DNA of 39,676 nt from Perkinsus chesapeaki ATCC PRA-425 (GCA_013115145.1 JAAPAO010000324.1:1-39676), one strand, 5' to 3'. Shown: positions 1-11,093, counted from the first letter of the stretch. The notes: a model not told the origin generated them from the sequence alone. Made by a program: numbers and translations.

Positions 1-73
<73 letters not shown>
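1..73. repeat. (TTA)24 microsatellite, truncated by the window edge; 3' flank or tail of the retrotransposon
   Basis: Perfect TTA repeat over 1-72 plus T73, then unique sequence from G74. Confidence 0.99.
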
Positions 74-3000
74 GTCGAACGCACAACAAAAAGTTGGTAA
101 GAATCTCAAAAAGAATAAGTCTCAAAGAGATTCAACCATCACTGCGGCATAAAGCAAACAGTGAGGCTGCAGTTCTTTTTATATTGCCACCTTAGGCCCA
201 CCCAGTACTCGTCGCAAGAGATGGATAGTACTAGTACTAGCAACTCTCTGACAAGTCTGAATGTTTAAACACCCCAATAATCCATCTTCAAGGATACGGG
301 GTAATGAACAGGTGACAGCACCCGTCACACCTATAACTACTGGTATTAATTTAATATTATAACCTCTGTACATCAACGCAAGCTCCTGTACCAATGCTTG
401 GTACTTATTTCTCTTTTCCCCTTCTTTTTTAACAACAGAATAATCAGCACACACAGATATTTCAATGATCAATACTAATTTACGAGAGTGTAATACAGCA
501 AGAATATCAGGACGGTAAAATTCCAACTTATGAGGAGTGTTTATGGGTTGATCCCAAAATAGATCTCCTTGAGTAACACTAATACAGGGTGGGCGACATA
601 CCCACCAATGGTTCTCAAATGGAACAGAGATAAGATCACAGCAGGTCTTGTAAACTAACTTACAGATACGGTTATGTCGATCGAAATACTCGGCATGGGC
701 AAGTACAGGACAATTAGAAACAATATGAAATAAAGTTTCTTTAGCAGTACCACAGAGCCTACAAAGCGGATCAGACTGTTCAATTGGAAAAGCCCGTGTA
801 GGGATCGACAAAGTACGCAGTGATATGACATCGGCTTCAACCTGCAAGGGAATAGCCGAGTTTTTCATCCAACCGAGAGTAGCCTTTACATCAAGACCAT
901 TACATTGTTCCTTAGAAATTTTCCTAAACCAATCAGCAGCAACAGACATACTATAAAAATGAGTTATTCTTTTTTGTTCTAAACATTTATTTAATATATC
1001 ATGAATATTACTATCACACGAGAGATGTTCATTATTTGTAATTAAATTAAGAGATTCTTTAATATTGTCCGAAGTATTAACTAGTTTATATAATGGATTT
1101 TTATTATCTAAATGTGGGATGAGATTAATCAGATTTTTACTAGCATATTCACCTATAGCAAAAGAAAATTTGCACCATGCATCTTCAATATTAACTAGAC
1201 CCCTACCACCCTTATCGCGAGATAAATATAAAATATCCGTAGAGGTTGTGTAACCATGACCATGAAATTGACGAAAGAGATTTCTTATTTCAGTATCTAA
1301 CTGTTTCGCTTGTGTTCGTTTTATTAAACCAACTTGAAGAGGATAATACACCACTGATATACACCAACTATTAATAGTTTTGATGACATTAGAGGCGGAA
1401 AGTTTCACACTCAAAACTTTCGCAATTCTACCTAATAAGATTTTCCTTGTATTGTTAAAAGCAAGCTGAGCATCAGGGAGCATATGTTGTGGTATTCCCA
1501 AATATTTATATCTTTCACCAGTTTCCAAATATTTCATGTCTATGAGTTCATCAGGCGTATCAGTAGGCTTATTTTCAATTGGAAAACCTCTAACAATATC
1601 AATCCATGCACATTTAGGCATTCCAAATTCTAATCCTGATGCCTCACCTACATTACAAGCAACCTTAACAAGTTTAGATAATTTTTTAGGATTTTCCGCA
1701 TATAATTTTAAGTCATCAACAAAGAGTAAATGCTCTAACTTATATGTCGGTTGTATTCTACCACCACAGCGATAACCAGCATCCACTCTTTGTAATGCAT
1801 AAGATATTGGTTGTACACTCAGTATAAATAAACAAGGAGATAATGTATCACCTTGGAATATTCCTCTATTGACTTTAACAACACCATTATCTAAAGGTCT
1901 ACCATCAATACTCATTTGTAAAGCCCAATTTTCCATACAATGACCAATAAAGTTTACTAACATTGGACCAATACCAAAATTTGTGAGCCATTTCAGAATC
2001 CATGAATGCGCCAAAGAATCAAAAGCTTTTTGAAAGTCTAACCACGCACAAGAGACTCTATGTAAAGAATTCCTAGCATGATGCATCAAGGCATGATCGA
2101 GTAATAATTGATGCGTGCAACCACGTTTACCCGCCCTACAACCAAGTTGATTCATAGAAAGAATATTATATTTCTCTAAATGTGACATTAGTTTGTTAGC
2201 TATGATTTTAGTTAATGCCTTATATAAACAACATAGACAGCTAATGGGCCGATAATCACAGGCACGTCTTTTAGTACCCTCACTAATTGGTTTTCCAATT
2301 AAGTGAGTGATTCCAGTATAAAACCAATCAGGAGCTTTTACTTTCATCGTAACTACATCAGAAAATACTTCAGCAATTTTTCCATAAACACCTGGAAGAA
2401 TTTTATACCAAAAGACTTTAATTTTATCTGGACCAGCTGCTTTCCATGAACCCATTTCCATGAATGCACTTTTTACTACCTCTCCAGTGATATTGATATC
2501 GGTTAATGTATTAATTCGTTTTCTATTTAAATCTGATATGTAATCTTGATACCAAGTCTCCGTGCTATACTCTTTGGTGTTTTTATGATCCCATATACTT
2601 TTCCAGAAATTAATTATCTCACCATCACTAGGGACATTGCTATAATCTGGTTGAATTTCTACATCATTATCACTAGCTAGGTCACGATGTAATTGTCTCT
2701 GGTCAGTTTTAACAAGCCTTTCTAGTTCTCTACGTTTTTCTTTATTATTCCATGCGTGAAGTTTCGCTGCTGTACTACGTAATTGAATTATTAATCTACC
2801 CTTTGCGTTCATTAATGCACTACGAGTTGAGCCATATTTCTTACGGATTTCACGAGTAACTAATTTTAACCTTGTTGGAACATTTTCAAATCTCTCTAAA
2901 TAAGCTGTTACTCTCCCTAAATCTCTTCGTATCTCCTTGACTTTTGATTCAAGTCTACGCTTCGCCGGCAACTTGCGCCTCTTACCTCGATTTGTGTTTC

Positions 3001-3920
3001 CCGAATTTATCTTACCCCTAATTGCCTCTACTATCACAGTAGCAGCGGCGTAAATGGCATCATTTATTGTTTTAATTGTTGGTTTCTCTCCACACGCCTC
3101 AATAACTTTATTTTCTATTATTTTGGCTAGAAGTTTCGCATCATTTTCACGACCTCTCAAGTCAGGAATTTTCCCCCTATCTTCGACATCTATATTCTTA
3201 ATCTCAGTAAGCTTATAGTCAAATTTTTCGATCAAAGCTCTATCTTCAATTAATCTAGGGTCTGGTGGAGCTTTTGGTCTCCCTCTTACTACCTGGATGC
3301 GTTCAGATTCTTCCATGAGATGTTCAATTTCCTGCTCAAATGTGTTATCCTCCATACTTATTATGTTAATAGTCTCGTCCACATCCGGGTTATTTGCTTC
3401 ATCTACATCATTATCATCGATATAATCATCATCTTCTTCATCATCAATAACGTCATTTTCATCAGTGTTGCTTCCAGCTTCGTTGTTGTCATTTCTGTCC
3501 TCATTGATTATCAACTCGTTCTCTCGGTTGATGATTATTGTGGCCGCCTCTCTCAATGTTTCATATTCACTCCTTTTAGTAAGTTGTCCAATATAGGCAA
3601 TAAGCTGGGTTCCCGTCCTTTGTATTGTGCTACATCTCATATTGAACTCTTTTTCAAGGTGGTCCTTCTTTGCTCCGCCTCCTCCAAATTTCTCCCAGTG
3701 AACCAAAGCCTCACATAGTATTCTTTTCTCAGCTGTTGTCCACTGGTGTCTAACATTGGTGGGCTCTATATAAGCAGCACCAATGTCTCCTCCATCATTG
3801 TCTGCCTCCATCCTCTGCGAATGTGAGAGGGTCAAGTCAGGCGGATCGCTTCCTTGGCGGCCGCAGGCTCGGCGTGGGGGCTGGCGGGCTGGCATTTAAG
3901 TCACCGGAAAAAAGGAAACC
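74..3920 (-). mobile_element. Apparently full-length R4/Dong-like non-LTR retrotransposon with restriction-like endonuclease (RLE)
   Basis: One intronless 1238-aa ORF, a 105-nt 3' UTR and a short 5' leader, bounded by (TAA)n on both sides. The domain order Myb-like / RT / CCHC / PD-(D/E)xK is that of RLE elements. The clade call is from motif recall, not from a phylogeny. Confidence 0.9.
179..3895 (-). CDS. Retrotransposon polyprotein (Myb-like DNA-binding, reverse transcriptase, zinc knuckle, RLE endonuclease)
   Basis: Myb-like: RHQWTTAEKRIL. RT motifs: GPDKI, DYRPISCL, WLDFQKAFDS, GIFQGDTLSP, LFVDD, YKYLG, GGRGL. CCHC: CRLCGTAKETLFHIVSNC. RHN motif. Endonuclease: RPDIL...IIEISV...EKRNKY. 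The true start may be the second Met (MEADNDGG). Confidence 0.95.
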   Translation of the reverse strand: MPARQPPRRACGRQGSDPPDLTLSHSQRMEADNDGGDIGAAYIEPTNVRHQWTTAEKRILCEALVHWEKFGGGGAKKDHLEKEFNMRCSTIQRTGTQLIAYIGQLTKRSEYETLREAATIIINRENELIINEDRNDNNEAGSNTDENDVIDDEEDDDYIDDNDVDEANNPDVDETINIISMEDNTFEQEIEHLMEESERIQVVRGRPKAPPDPRLIEDRALIEKFDYKLTEIKNIDVEDRGKIPDLRGRENDAKLLAKIIENKVIEACGEKPTIKTINDAIYAAATVIVEAIRGKINSGNTNRGKRRKLPAKRRLESKVKEIRRDLGRVTAYLERFENVPTRLKLVTREIRKKYGSTRSALMNAKGRLIIQLRSTAAKLHAWNNKEKRRELERLVKTDQRQLHRDLASDNDVEIQPDYSNVPSDGEIINFWKSIWDHKNTKEYSTETWYQDYISDLNRKRINTLTDINITGEVVKSAFMEMGSWKAAGPDKIKVFWYKILPGVYGKIAEVFSDVVTMKVKAPDWFYTGITHLIGKPISEGTKRRACDYRPISCLCCLYKALTKIIANKLMSHLEKYNILSMNQLGCRAGKRGCTHQLLLDHALMHHARNSLHRVSCAWLDFQKAFDSLAHSWILKWLTNFGIGPMLVNFIGHCMENWALQMSIDGRPLDNGVVKVNRGIFQGDTLSPCLFILSVQPISYALQRVDAGYRCGGRIQPTYKLEHLLFVDDLKLYAENPKKLSKLVKVACNVGEASGLEFGMPKCAWIDIVRGFPIENKPTDTPDELIDMKYLETGERYKYLGIPQHMLPDAQLAFNNTRKILLGRIAKVLSVKLSASNVIKTINSWCISVVYYPLQVGLIKRTQAKQLDTEIRNLFRQFHGHGYTTSTDILYLSRDKGGRGLVNIEDAWCKFSFAIGEYASKNLINLIPHLDNKNPLYKLVNTSDNIKESLNLITNNEHLSCDSNIHDILNKCLEQKRITHFYSMSVAADWFRKISKEQCNGLDVKATLGWMKNSAIPLQVEADVISLRTLSIPTRAFPIEQSDPLCRLCGTAKETLFHIVSNCPVLAHAEYFDRHNRICKLVYKTCCDLISVPFENHWWVCRPPCISVTQGDLFWDQPINTPHKLEFYRPDILAVLHSRKLVLIIEISVCADYSVVKKEGEKRNKYQALVQELALMYRGYNIKLIPVVIGVTGAVTCSLPRILEDGLLGCLNIQTCQRVASTSTIHLLRRVLGGPKVAI

Positions 3921-3921
<1 letters not shown>

Positions 3922-3960
<39 letters not shown>
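3922..3960. repeat. (TTA)13 microsatellite; 5' flank of the retrotransposon and 3' end of a host intron
   Basis: 13 perfect TTA units. The last A plus G3961 form an AG acceptor. Confidence 0.97.
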
Positions 3961-3961
3961 G

Positions 3962-5486
3962 GCTTATCTCGTCGAACATCACTAACACCACGAAGAGAGT
4001 CACCAATATGTCTTAGTCCAACATCAGCTAACCGTGAGGTCTTTGGCAAAGGGTAACATCATCATCAGCATCAGCATACAGCAGCCATATTTAGTTTCTC
4101 ACGTCATCGCCCTCCGCCGATCTCCAAAACACAATCACAAGCTCGTATTAGACCTCAGAGTCCAGGAGCACAACGAATGAGTATAATGCTTATTGTTGTT
4201 ACTTGTATAATCGTAACTCCATGTTGTTAGTGTCATCTGATGGTGTTAAATCATTGTTAACCCAAAGAGATGAGGAGAGAGGCAGCAGCAGCATTACCCA
4301 ACCATTAGATGACTGCCGCCGAACTACCCGTGTCATAGCATTGGCAGGAAGAAGGTCAAGTGGTGGAAGGAACTCAACAGCTGCCAACTTCGAAACCCCC
4401 ACACCATGTTTAAGGGTAGAAGCGGCATTAGCATACACCAACTTATATGATATAGCAGACATCCATCCGAACCTTTACACCAGACAATACGTATACATCC
4501 GCAACTCGGAGTCAGGTCAGTTTCGATACTCAACATAATGATAAGGCGTCTATCTCTCATCAACCCACCAAGGCTCAACAGGCAAGAGGAACAATCTACA
4601 TGCAGTGGGAAGGAGTGGGCATGGAGTATTTCAGGCACGAAAGAGACAACATAACCCCATTACTGGTGATACAGCATCAGTAGGCGACGATACATCAGCA
4701 CAGAACCGATCGGACTTTGTGGTATTCCCAGCGGCAATGGTTGCCAGCGTTCCTTTTGTATCGCCGGTCCCATTGAAGAGCAGAGGCCACTCGGCTGCTT
4801 TATCACAAAATAGGGTGGTAAGGGGAAAACTATTCAATAAGCATGCAGTTAGCCAACATCAGGAACATGGACCACGCGCCCCGTGGGATGATGGTAGACC
4901 TAAAGTGAACCCCAATGGTATATATCCGAGAAGTGGCAGTGAAAATGAGTAGGTTTTTGTTGTTGTTATAGATCTATTAGTATTGTTAATACCCTCAGTT
5001 GGCTTAAGAAGGCAGGTTACAGCCAAAGGAAGCATCATACAAAACAAAGAGCAAGTCTAGGACAACAACAACATGATGATGATGAGGCACAGACATCGCC
5101 TAAAATGGTATGCTTGGTGGTGCTGCTGCTGTTACGCCGTATTGATGACAAATGTCCTCAGAGAACACCATCTAAGAACAGCCCTATGAGAGTGAAAGAT
5201 ACGATGCAGCTTGAAGGGGAGTTACCAAAGGATGAAATCTATGCTAGTAGTAGCATACATACTTAATGTTGTTATTATTGTTGTGTCTTTAGATCCTCAA
5301 AGGCGTCACTTCAAGCAGCCTAAGACTGGTAGACCTTCGATGAGCCGAGAGTTTAAAAGACAGATATTCCCAAGTGAAGGGGTATCAACAACTTTACTAG
5401 ATGATGAGCCAATACTGCCTCCATCAATTATATCAATACGATATACCAACAAGTCACGCAGTTCCCCGCCTGCCCCATGGCGGTAA
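3962..5486 (+). CDS. 3' part of a multi-exon hypothetical host gene (upstream exons lie outside the window)
   Basis: Phase-consistent GT-AG model: exon 3962-4052 (LSRRTSLTPRRESPICLSPTSANREVFGK), intron 4053-4094, exon 4095-4180 (FSRHRPPPISKTQSQARIRPQSPGAQRM), intron 4181-4230, exon from 4231 (SSDGVKSLL...). Later exons are less certain, probably ending at ...SSPPAPWR*. No recognisable domain. Confidence 0.6.
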
Positions 5487-5642
5487 ACTGCTATTTAGTA
5501 GTAGTAGTATCATTCACCTTCATGCTTGTGCTACTCACTGATGTTCAACTAGTATGCTTGAATGGTTGTGTTATGAGTACGGAGCTCTGAACTATAGTGA
5601 CTACACAACAACAGCAATATAATAATAATGGAGCAATGTAAG

Positions 5643-7137
5643 TCACCACATGAATCGCTCTAGCTCTCCAGTAGCAGCCGATAGGAAGGGTCGTTCAGTG
5701 AAGATCAATAAGGACTAAACATGCAAACATCGTCAAATACGATACGTTAGTTATTAGCAAGTTCACTCTTACAATGAAGTTGATAGTTGCCATCCATCCA
5801 ACTGTACTGTAAAGCATCCATAATCCATCTTCACAACATGCATACACTAACAATACTGCCATAGCAGGAATGTTGAAATATCTTAACTCCAGCAGAGGTG
5901 ATGGCACCAAAGCTAAGAAGCAGCATAACCCAAAAACCCATACCTGATAAGTAATATATCTTAATAGAACAAACCACCAACTTACGGCAACTCGGTTATC
6001 TGTCTTATGGAAGAGCCTTTTCCCGACTGGGGAGTTTAAGGTACCACGGATAATGATAGCCACCGCAAATGGTATGATACCAAGCCTCACTACACGGTGA
6101 GTGAGGACATGTCGCCAGAGGTAGAATGTGAAATGACGATTGTCAGCCAGTAGAAATGGATGTGCAATGGTGCCAAACTGTAACATTATACTGCATATAG
6201 CTATAATAAAGGCATCAGTGAGGGGCTTTGGGGCTCTAATGGCATATCGGGCAATGCTTAGCCATACTATAGGCCCCATAAAGAAGGTTACTGTAAGTAT
6301 TAGGTAGGGGATCTGAGGAATGTTGGGTAACAAGGGTAACAACCAAAGGGCGCTACCTGAGCCCAATGCCATGATGCTACGTGATTCTCTTTATGGCCAA
6401 CAACTATTGAACCATTATATACAACGAATGCTATGAACCCTACACCAGTTAGGATATACGTCCACAGGGAGGCAACGACAGTAAGCAAATGATGGATATC
6501 AACTGAAGACGGAACAATGAGTAACATCAATACAAAGCAGCTTACCCTTTCGTGTCCTAATACATGGGAGAAGGCCTTCCACTAAGCAATGATATAGTGC
6601 CATACCAAATAACCATACAATATTAGTTTGACGGCAGAACACACTAATAGCACCAACTACGCCGGCTAGGATATATCGCCTATGAGCATGGAGATAAAGG
6701 GTTGCTAGAACTAATGCTGTAGAGGCAGTGTCTGTATAGTAAAGGTTGTTATAGAAGAAGCTAGTGGGATATAGCAACACTGTGAGGGTACGTAGTATCC
6801 GGTGTGATGGTGGGCCAAGACTCCATATAAAGAGACCAACAATGATGCTTATTATAGCTGTAGGCACAATGGATACAAACAGTCGGAGGTTGTTTACTGT
6901 ACAAGGTGCGTGAATTAAGCCGAGAGTGGCCATGGCCCAGAAGTAGAGACCTGGTAGAGTTGTTATATGATCGTCCCATTCAGCAAAGTTATGGCCATCA
7001 CAATAAACCTGTGTCTGTGGTATATGGAATATCTCATCCATGTAAGGCTTTGGGACATACTTATTAATAGCGCATGTTCCTATCAAACTCAGTGCCACCA
7101 CAGTTATGGTAGTAATGAGTACAGGGGCACTACTCAT
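5643..7137 (-). CDS. ALG10: Dol-P-Glc alpha-1,2-glucosyltransferase (DIE2/ALG10 family)
   Basis: PYMDEIFHIPQTQVYC, WDDHITTLPGLY, YYTD, RQTNIVW, HPFLLADNRHFTFYLW, PSPLLELRYF, and a last exon LIFTERPFLSAATGELERFMW* (stop 5643-5645). Confidence 0.95.
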
Positions 7138-7243
7138 AGGGGATAAAAACTATACAGCGATATGTAGTGATGAGGTAACTAGGGCACTAGTGGAAACACA
7201 ATAGGCAATTAGTATAGGATGAATTAACAGTACTTAATGGATA

Positions 7244-8799
7244 TTATAGATGGAAATCATAACAGTGCGTACTACCAATACATATAGTATACACTTTATC
7301 AGGACGAACACCATTTACAAATATTTCCATTATTTGAGCCCAAAGGGATCTTAAAACAGTTCGGAACACATACAGAAGAAGATACATATTAAATACTGCG
7401 AGTACAGTTGCTGATAGGTGGGGGTGATGAGGCGGACATTTAAGCCACATGAGGTTGAGAAGGATACCAACAACAGAGGATTGAAGACCACCTCTGAATA
7501 GAGCCAAGCAAAGGGCTGTGTAAAACCAATACGGTACTCTCTTATCATCCCATGAATCAGGGAACTCAATGAGAAGGTATCTAAGAAAGGGTAAAGGGCA
7601 CGGCAATGACTAGCTAGTTGTTACATAATAGCTAGACAATAGCCTAAAGGCCCTAGGTTGGAATAGGCCAGGAAACCCCATGGGAAGGGATGTATCTCTA
7701 GATTGGTGCCATACTCATAGCTGGAGAACAGTCTAGGGTTATGTGGTATAAGTACACCATTAACACCTGAGCAAACAGACGTTACGGAATGATTAAGATA
7801 TACCGGTACCAGCGAAGGTAGTGTTCTGCAAAGGTAGCAGAGCCTCCTCTGGGAATGTGTAATCATCTCTATCCCGTATCTAATACAGGATATAGTTACT
7901 ACTACTTAACCATTCATTGATTACTGTTACCCTCTCAAACCATTGTCGACCATCATGCTGCCAAGGGCGTAGTTTATCAGGAGTAACACGAGCATAGGAG
8001 AAGATATCGACACCAAAGCCTGTATCTTTATCTGCTACATGCCCCACCTACATATACAAGAATACTTATAATGGGGCAAATAGCTACCATTCTGCCATCA
8101 TCTCCTTCACAATCCACACCACAATCACATCCCATTTTATCGACTGAGTACTCTGGTCCCAGTAGCTCTGATACCTTACTGTACATATCATCATTACCAT
8201 TAGGGAATACATTAAGACATTCATCCTCCAGAAAACCTAATTATATGGTATCACCTTTCTTAACACTACATTATTATTACCAATATCAATGTCCATATCC
8301 CACGGTATAGGATTACCATTATGACGGATAAATCTAAAAGTAACCCTATACAATATAGTGAATGGGGGGTTATCTTACCCAATAAGGCAGCTAGATTCGA
8401 GGAATACGTCCAATCCTGCCTTCTCAAAGGCCCGTACCATAGCGGCATAGGTCTTGGTTAACGAGTCTAGCCTATCACGTTGAGTTAGACCTAATGTATC
8501 TTTATCTTCAACTTAATAAAATATTATTACCCTTATGGGCATACTCAGCATTGGTATGTGCTACTAGATGCTCATGACCACCAAATAGTACATGGTCTAT
8601 TGGGGCTGCATAGATAGCATCTTCCGAGGTTATACTAAACCACGGTGATTGTGATATATCTATTCAGGAGGGGTATGTATGGCATAGGCGTTGTATTACA
8701 TATTATTATTGATATCAATATTATATGAAGTGTTACCCGTAATGGTATAAAAGCAGTATGCTTTTCGCTTGACTGCAGTCGTGCTGTAGTATCAGACAT
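7244..8799 (-). CDS. LicD/fukutin-family nucleotidyltransferase-fold phosphotransferase with a hydrophobic C-terminal extension
   Basis: Spliced exons give SSCLIGFIRHNGNPIPWDMDIDIG (about 8281-8420; the LicD consensus is GTLLGAVRHxGFIPWDDDIDI), VDIFSY, and YTFPEEALLPLQNTTFAG...IPHNPRLFSSYEYG. Hydrophobic segments follow at 7244-7600. The start codon is uncertain. Confidence 0.8.
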
Positions 8800-8983
8800 T
8801 ATTACTGATGGTGTTCGGCTATTAAGTTACCCTATCCCATACTAACACAACAGTTTAGTTGGTGGTAACATAATAGGGACATGAGTATGGCAGTCATGGA
8901 TCCTGTAATGTATTGCCTCTACCTGATGAAATACACCAATACACCCTACAACAAAGATGGATAAGTATTCAATCAATAAATTC

Positions 8984-9735
8984 TTAGGTAACTCCTTTCA
9001 CTGCCCCATTATAACCTTGAAATGCAGTAAAGGAAGCACCGCTGGTATGTTGTCCAGAGTGATCACTACTCCCTGATGACCGAGTGACACCTGTTGATAT
9101 GCTATCATGACTACGATCTGGTAGGATAGGATGCGACTCTATATTAGAGTAACGCTCCTGACTAGAGCAGTAGTCGTGGGAGGGATAATGTCTAGGATTA
9201 CCTTATACAGTATTATAGCAAATATAGGTATTGTGATATCTATCAATAATGCTGCTATTAAGGTTGAAGAGGCAAAGTTATTCCTATAATGGTAATAATA
9301 ATAGTATAACTGGTACTAGAGTAAACCTACCTAAAGGATGATGTCTCCTCTGTACCGCCACTGAAGAGAGGCTTGTTGTTTTTAAATACCCTCTCAAGGA
9401 ACATGATAAGATCAAATATCCACATACAAAAGAATGTTACAAGACCCCAGAACCTATTGATACACATACTATATAATAGGATGATATCGTTAATACATGA
9501 GATCTCCCATGTATGGTCCTCTACCACTGGCATAAGCCCATACACCACAGAAGGCTAATACTATTGTCCATACTCCACCAAATATATCCAGTATATATAA
9601 TCTACAGCATCCTAGACTAAACTGCAATATTATAAGGATTATCATGATAGGACGGGCTAAAAACGATGGCCGGGATGGACACCAATGCCGAAAGGGTGAT
9701 ACTACCTTTCTTGGCAAAATCCGTTGGCTCACCAT
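8984..9735 (-). CDS. Small multi-pass (about 4 TM) membrane protein, uncharacterised
   Basis: Phase-consistent spliced model: ILIILQFSLGCCRLYILDIFGGVWTIVLAFCGVWAY...LMFWGLVTFFCMWIFDLIMFLERVF...STLIAALLIDITIPIFAIILYK...SFTAFQGYNGAVKGVT*. Confidence 0.65.
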
Positions 9736-9876
9736 TATCACGGCCAACAGCTGGTACTGGTATTACCATTTAAACCTCCTAAAGTCTACAAGTGTAATAG
9801 TTAACAGAGACACAACAGTAGTGAATAGATAGGAAGCTATATTAAATAATAGAGGCATGCATATATTGAGTATCAT

Positions 9877-10948
9877 CTATGCTCCTGTGTGGAGGCCATA
9901 TGCCCTCTTGAATGGTATTGCTGGATCCTTCTTTAATGTAGATCCATCCATTGCAACTCGAGGCACGTACGGTGCGGTATCATCCATATCACATGGATTG
10001 TCCCTAGTCTCCTCTGTATCACCAAAACAAGGCACCAATGAGGGGCTCAGTGTGGTACCAGCTAGCAAAGGTGACTGCCAGGCACTCCCTCACATACTAC
10101 CAGCTCTAGCTCCATGTATTTTAGCCTTGCCACGTTGTTCAACCTCGCATTCAGCCCGTAAACCTCGTGAAAGGTTGTCTGGCGGTCTATTATCACTAAT
10201 GGATGAGTCATACATGATTATAGTATTCCGCTACTTCTGCCTATAGCCCCGCTCGATCGCTTCCGTATCTTCTACTACACCCCATCCCTTAAGGGCACTC
10301 TCTGTTATGCGAGAAGTTGCCTTACGTGTCATCACGACCTGTGCAATATTTGTCAGCCATCCCCGATATCCGGGTATACTAGTACCTCAGTTCGGTAGGG
10401 TACACAACCGCCTTCTGCCAAAGGCGTACAGCTATTAGTTGTTGGGCTGCGCCGTTTCCCTAGCCTTGAAGTCAATAACGACTATCAATGCAGATTACCG
10501 CGCTTAGATTCCTCGGTCTTATCCGTATGGGGCATCATACTCCCTAATGGCAGGGAACTCTCAGTGACCCTTGATGGCTGCCGAGCCCTACCACAGCTTG
10601 TATTGGTAATATGACTCCCCCTCAACTACCTTCCATAGTGCCCCTCTTGTATCGCCATATGCCTTAGCATATTCGATTCAATACCATTCCTAGGGCCTGG
10701 TCTACATCCCGTTGGTACCCCTATTTGAGGGGTGTAGTGGGACCATGACATCAGTAAATGCTGTGGTATAAACACCCAGTAGATGGATATCACGGCGACA
10801 ACGCAATTCGCTCTGATTATTTTGAAGTTTAGCATTCGAACTGCCCAGGCAGGCTGGTAAATGGCTGTCTAAAAATAATTCGCCTCCCTTCGATCTCTGC
10901 GACGTTCTCGTAACCCCCCAATGGAAATTTAGCGATTCCACCATGCAG
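9877..10948 (-). CDS. Multi-exon hypothetical protein
   Basis: The 3' exons splice in phase (VVMTRKATSRITESALKGWGVVEDTEAIERGYRQN-DNRPPDNLSRG...-AGTTLSPSLVPCFG...YGLHTGA*). The 5' exons are not resolved. No known domain recognised. Confidence 0.4.
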
Positions 10949-11093
10949 CTTGGTACACTTGAATCACTCAACTCCCGCGACCCTTTGCATGAAAACCCTC
11001 ACTACATGCAATTAAAAGAGTAATGATCGTTGAGAGGCTCTCTTCCTTTTAAATTTGAATCACTTCCTAAATCACCAGGTTATCTGCTTAGCA

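Noticed and set aside
655-3718. Short ORFs overlapping the retrotransposon ORF (655-840, 1065-1253, 1536-1775, 3320-3718)
   Set aside because: Antisense or alternative-frame shadows of the long ORF, with no independent motifs.
3840-3895. GCC-CCCACGCC resembles the HDV ribozyme P3/L3 loop
   Set aside because: The required P3' (GGC) and P1.1 GG partners are not present, so no HDV ribozyme is called.
10590-10700. In-frame TGA in EWY*IEYAKAY suggesting recoding
   Set aside because: The exon structure here is unresolved. An unmodelled intron or wrong frame explains it more simply.
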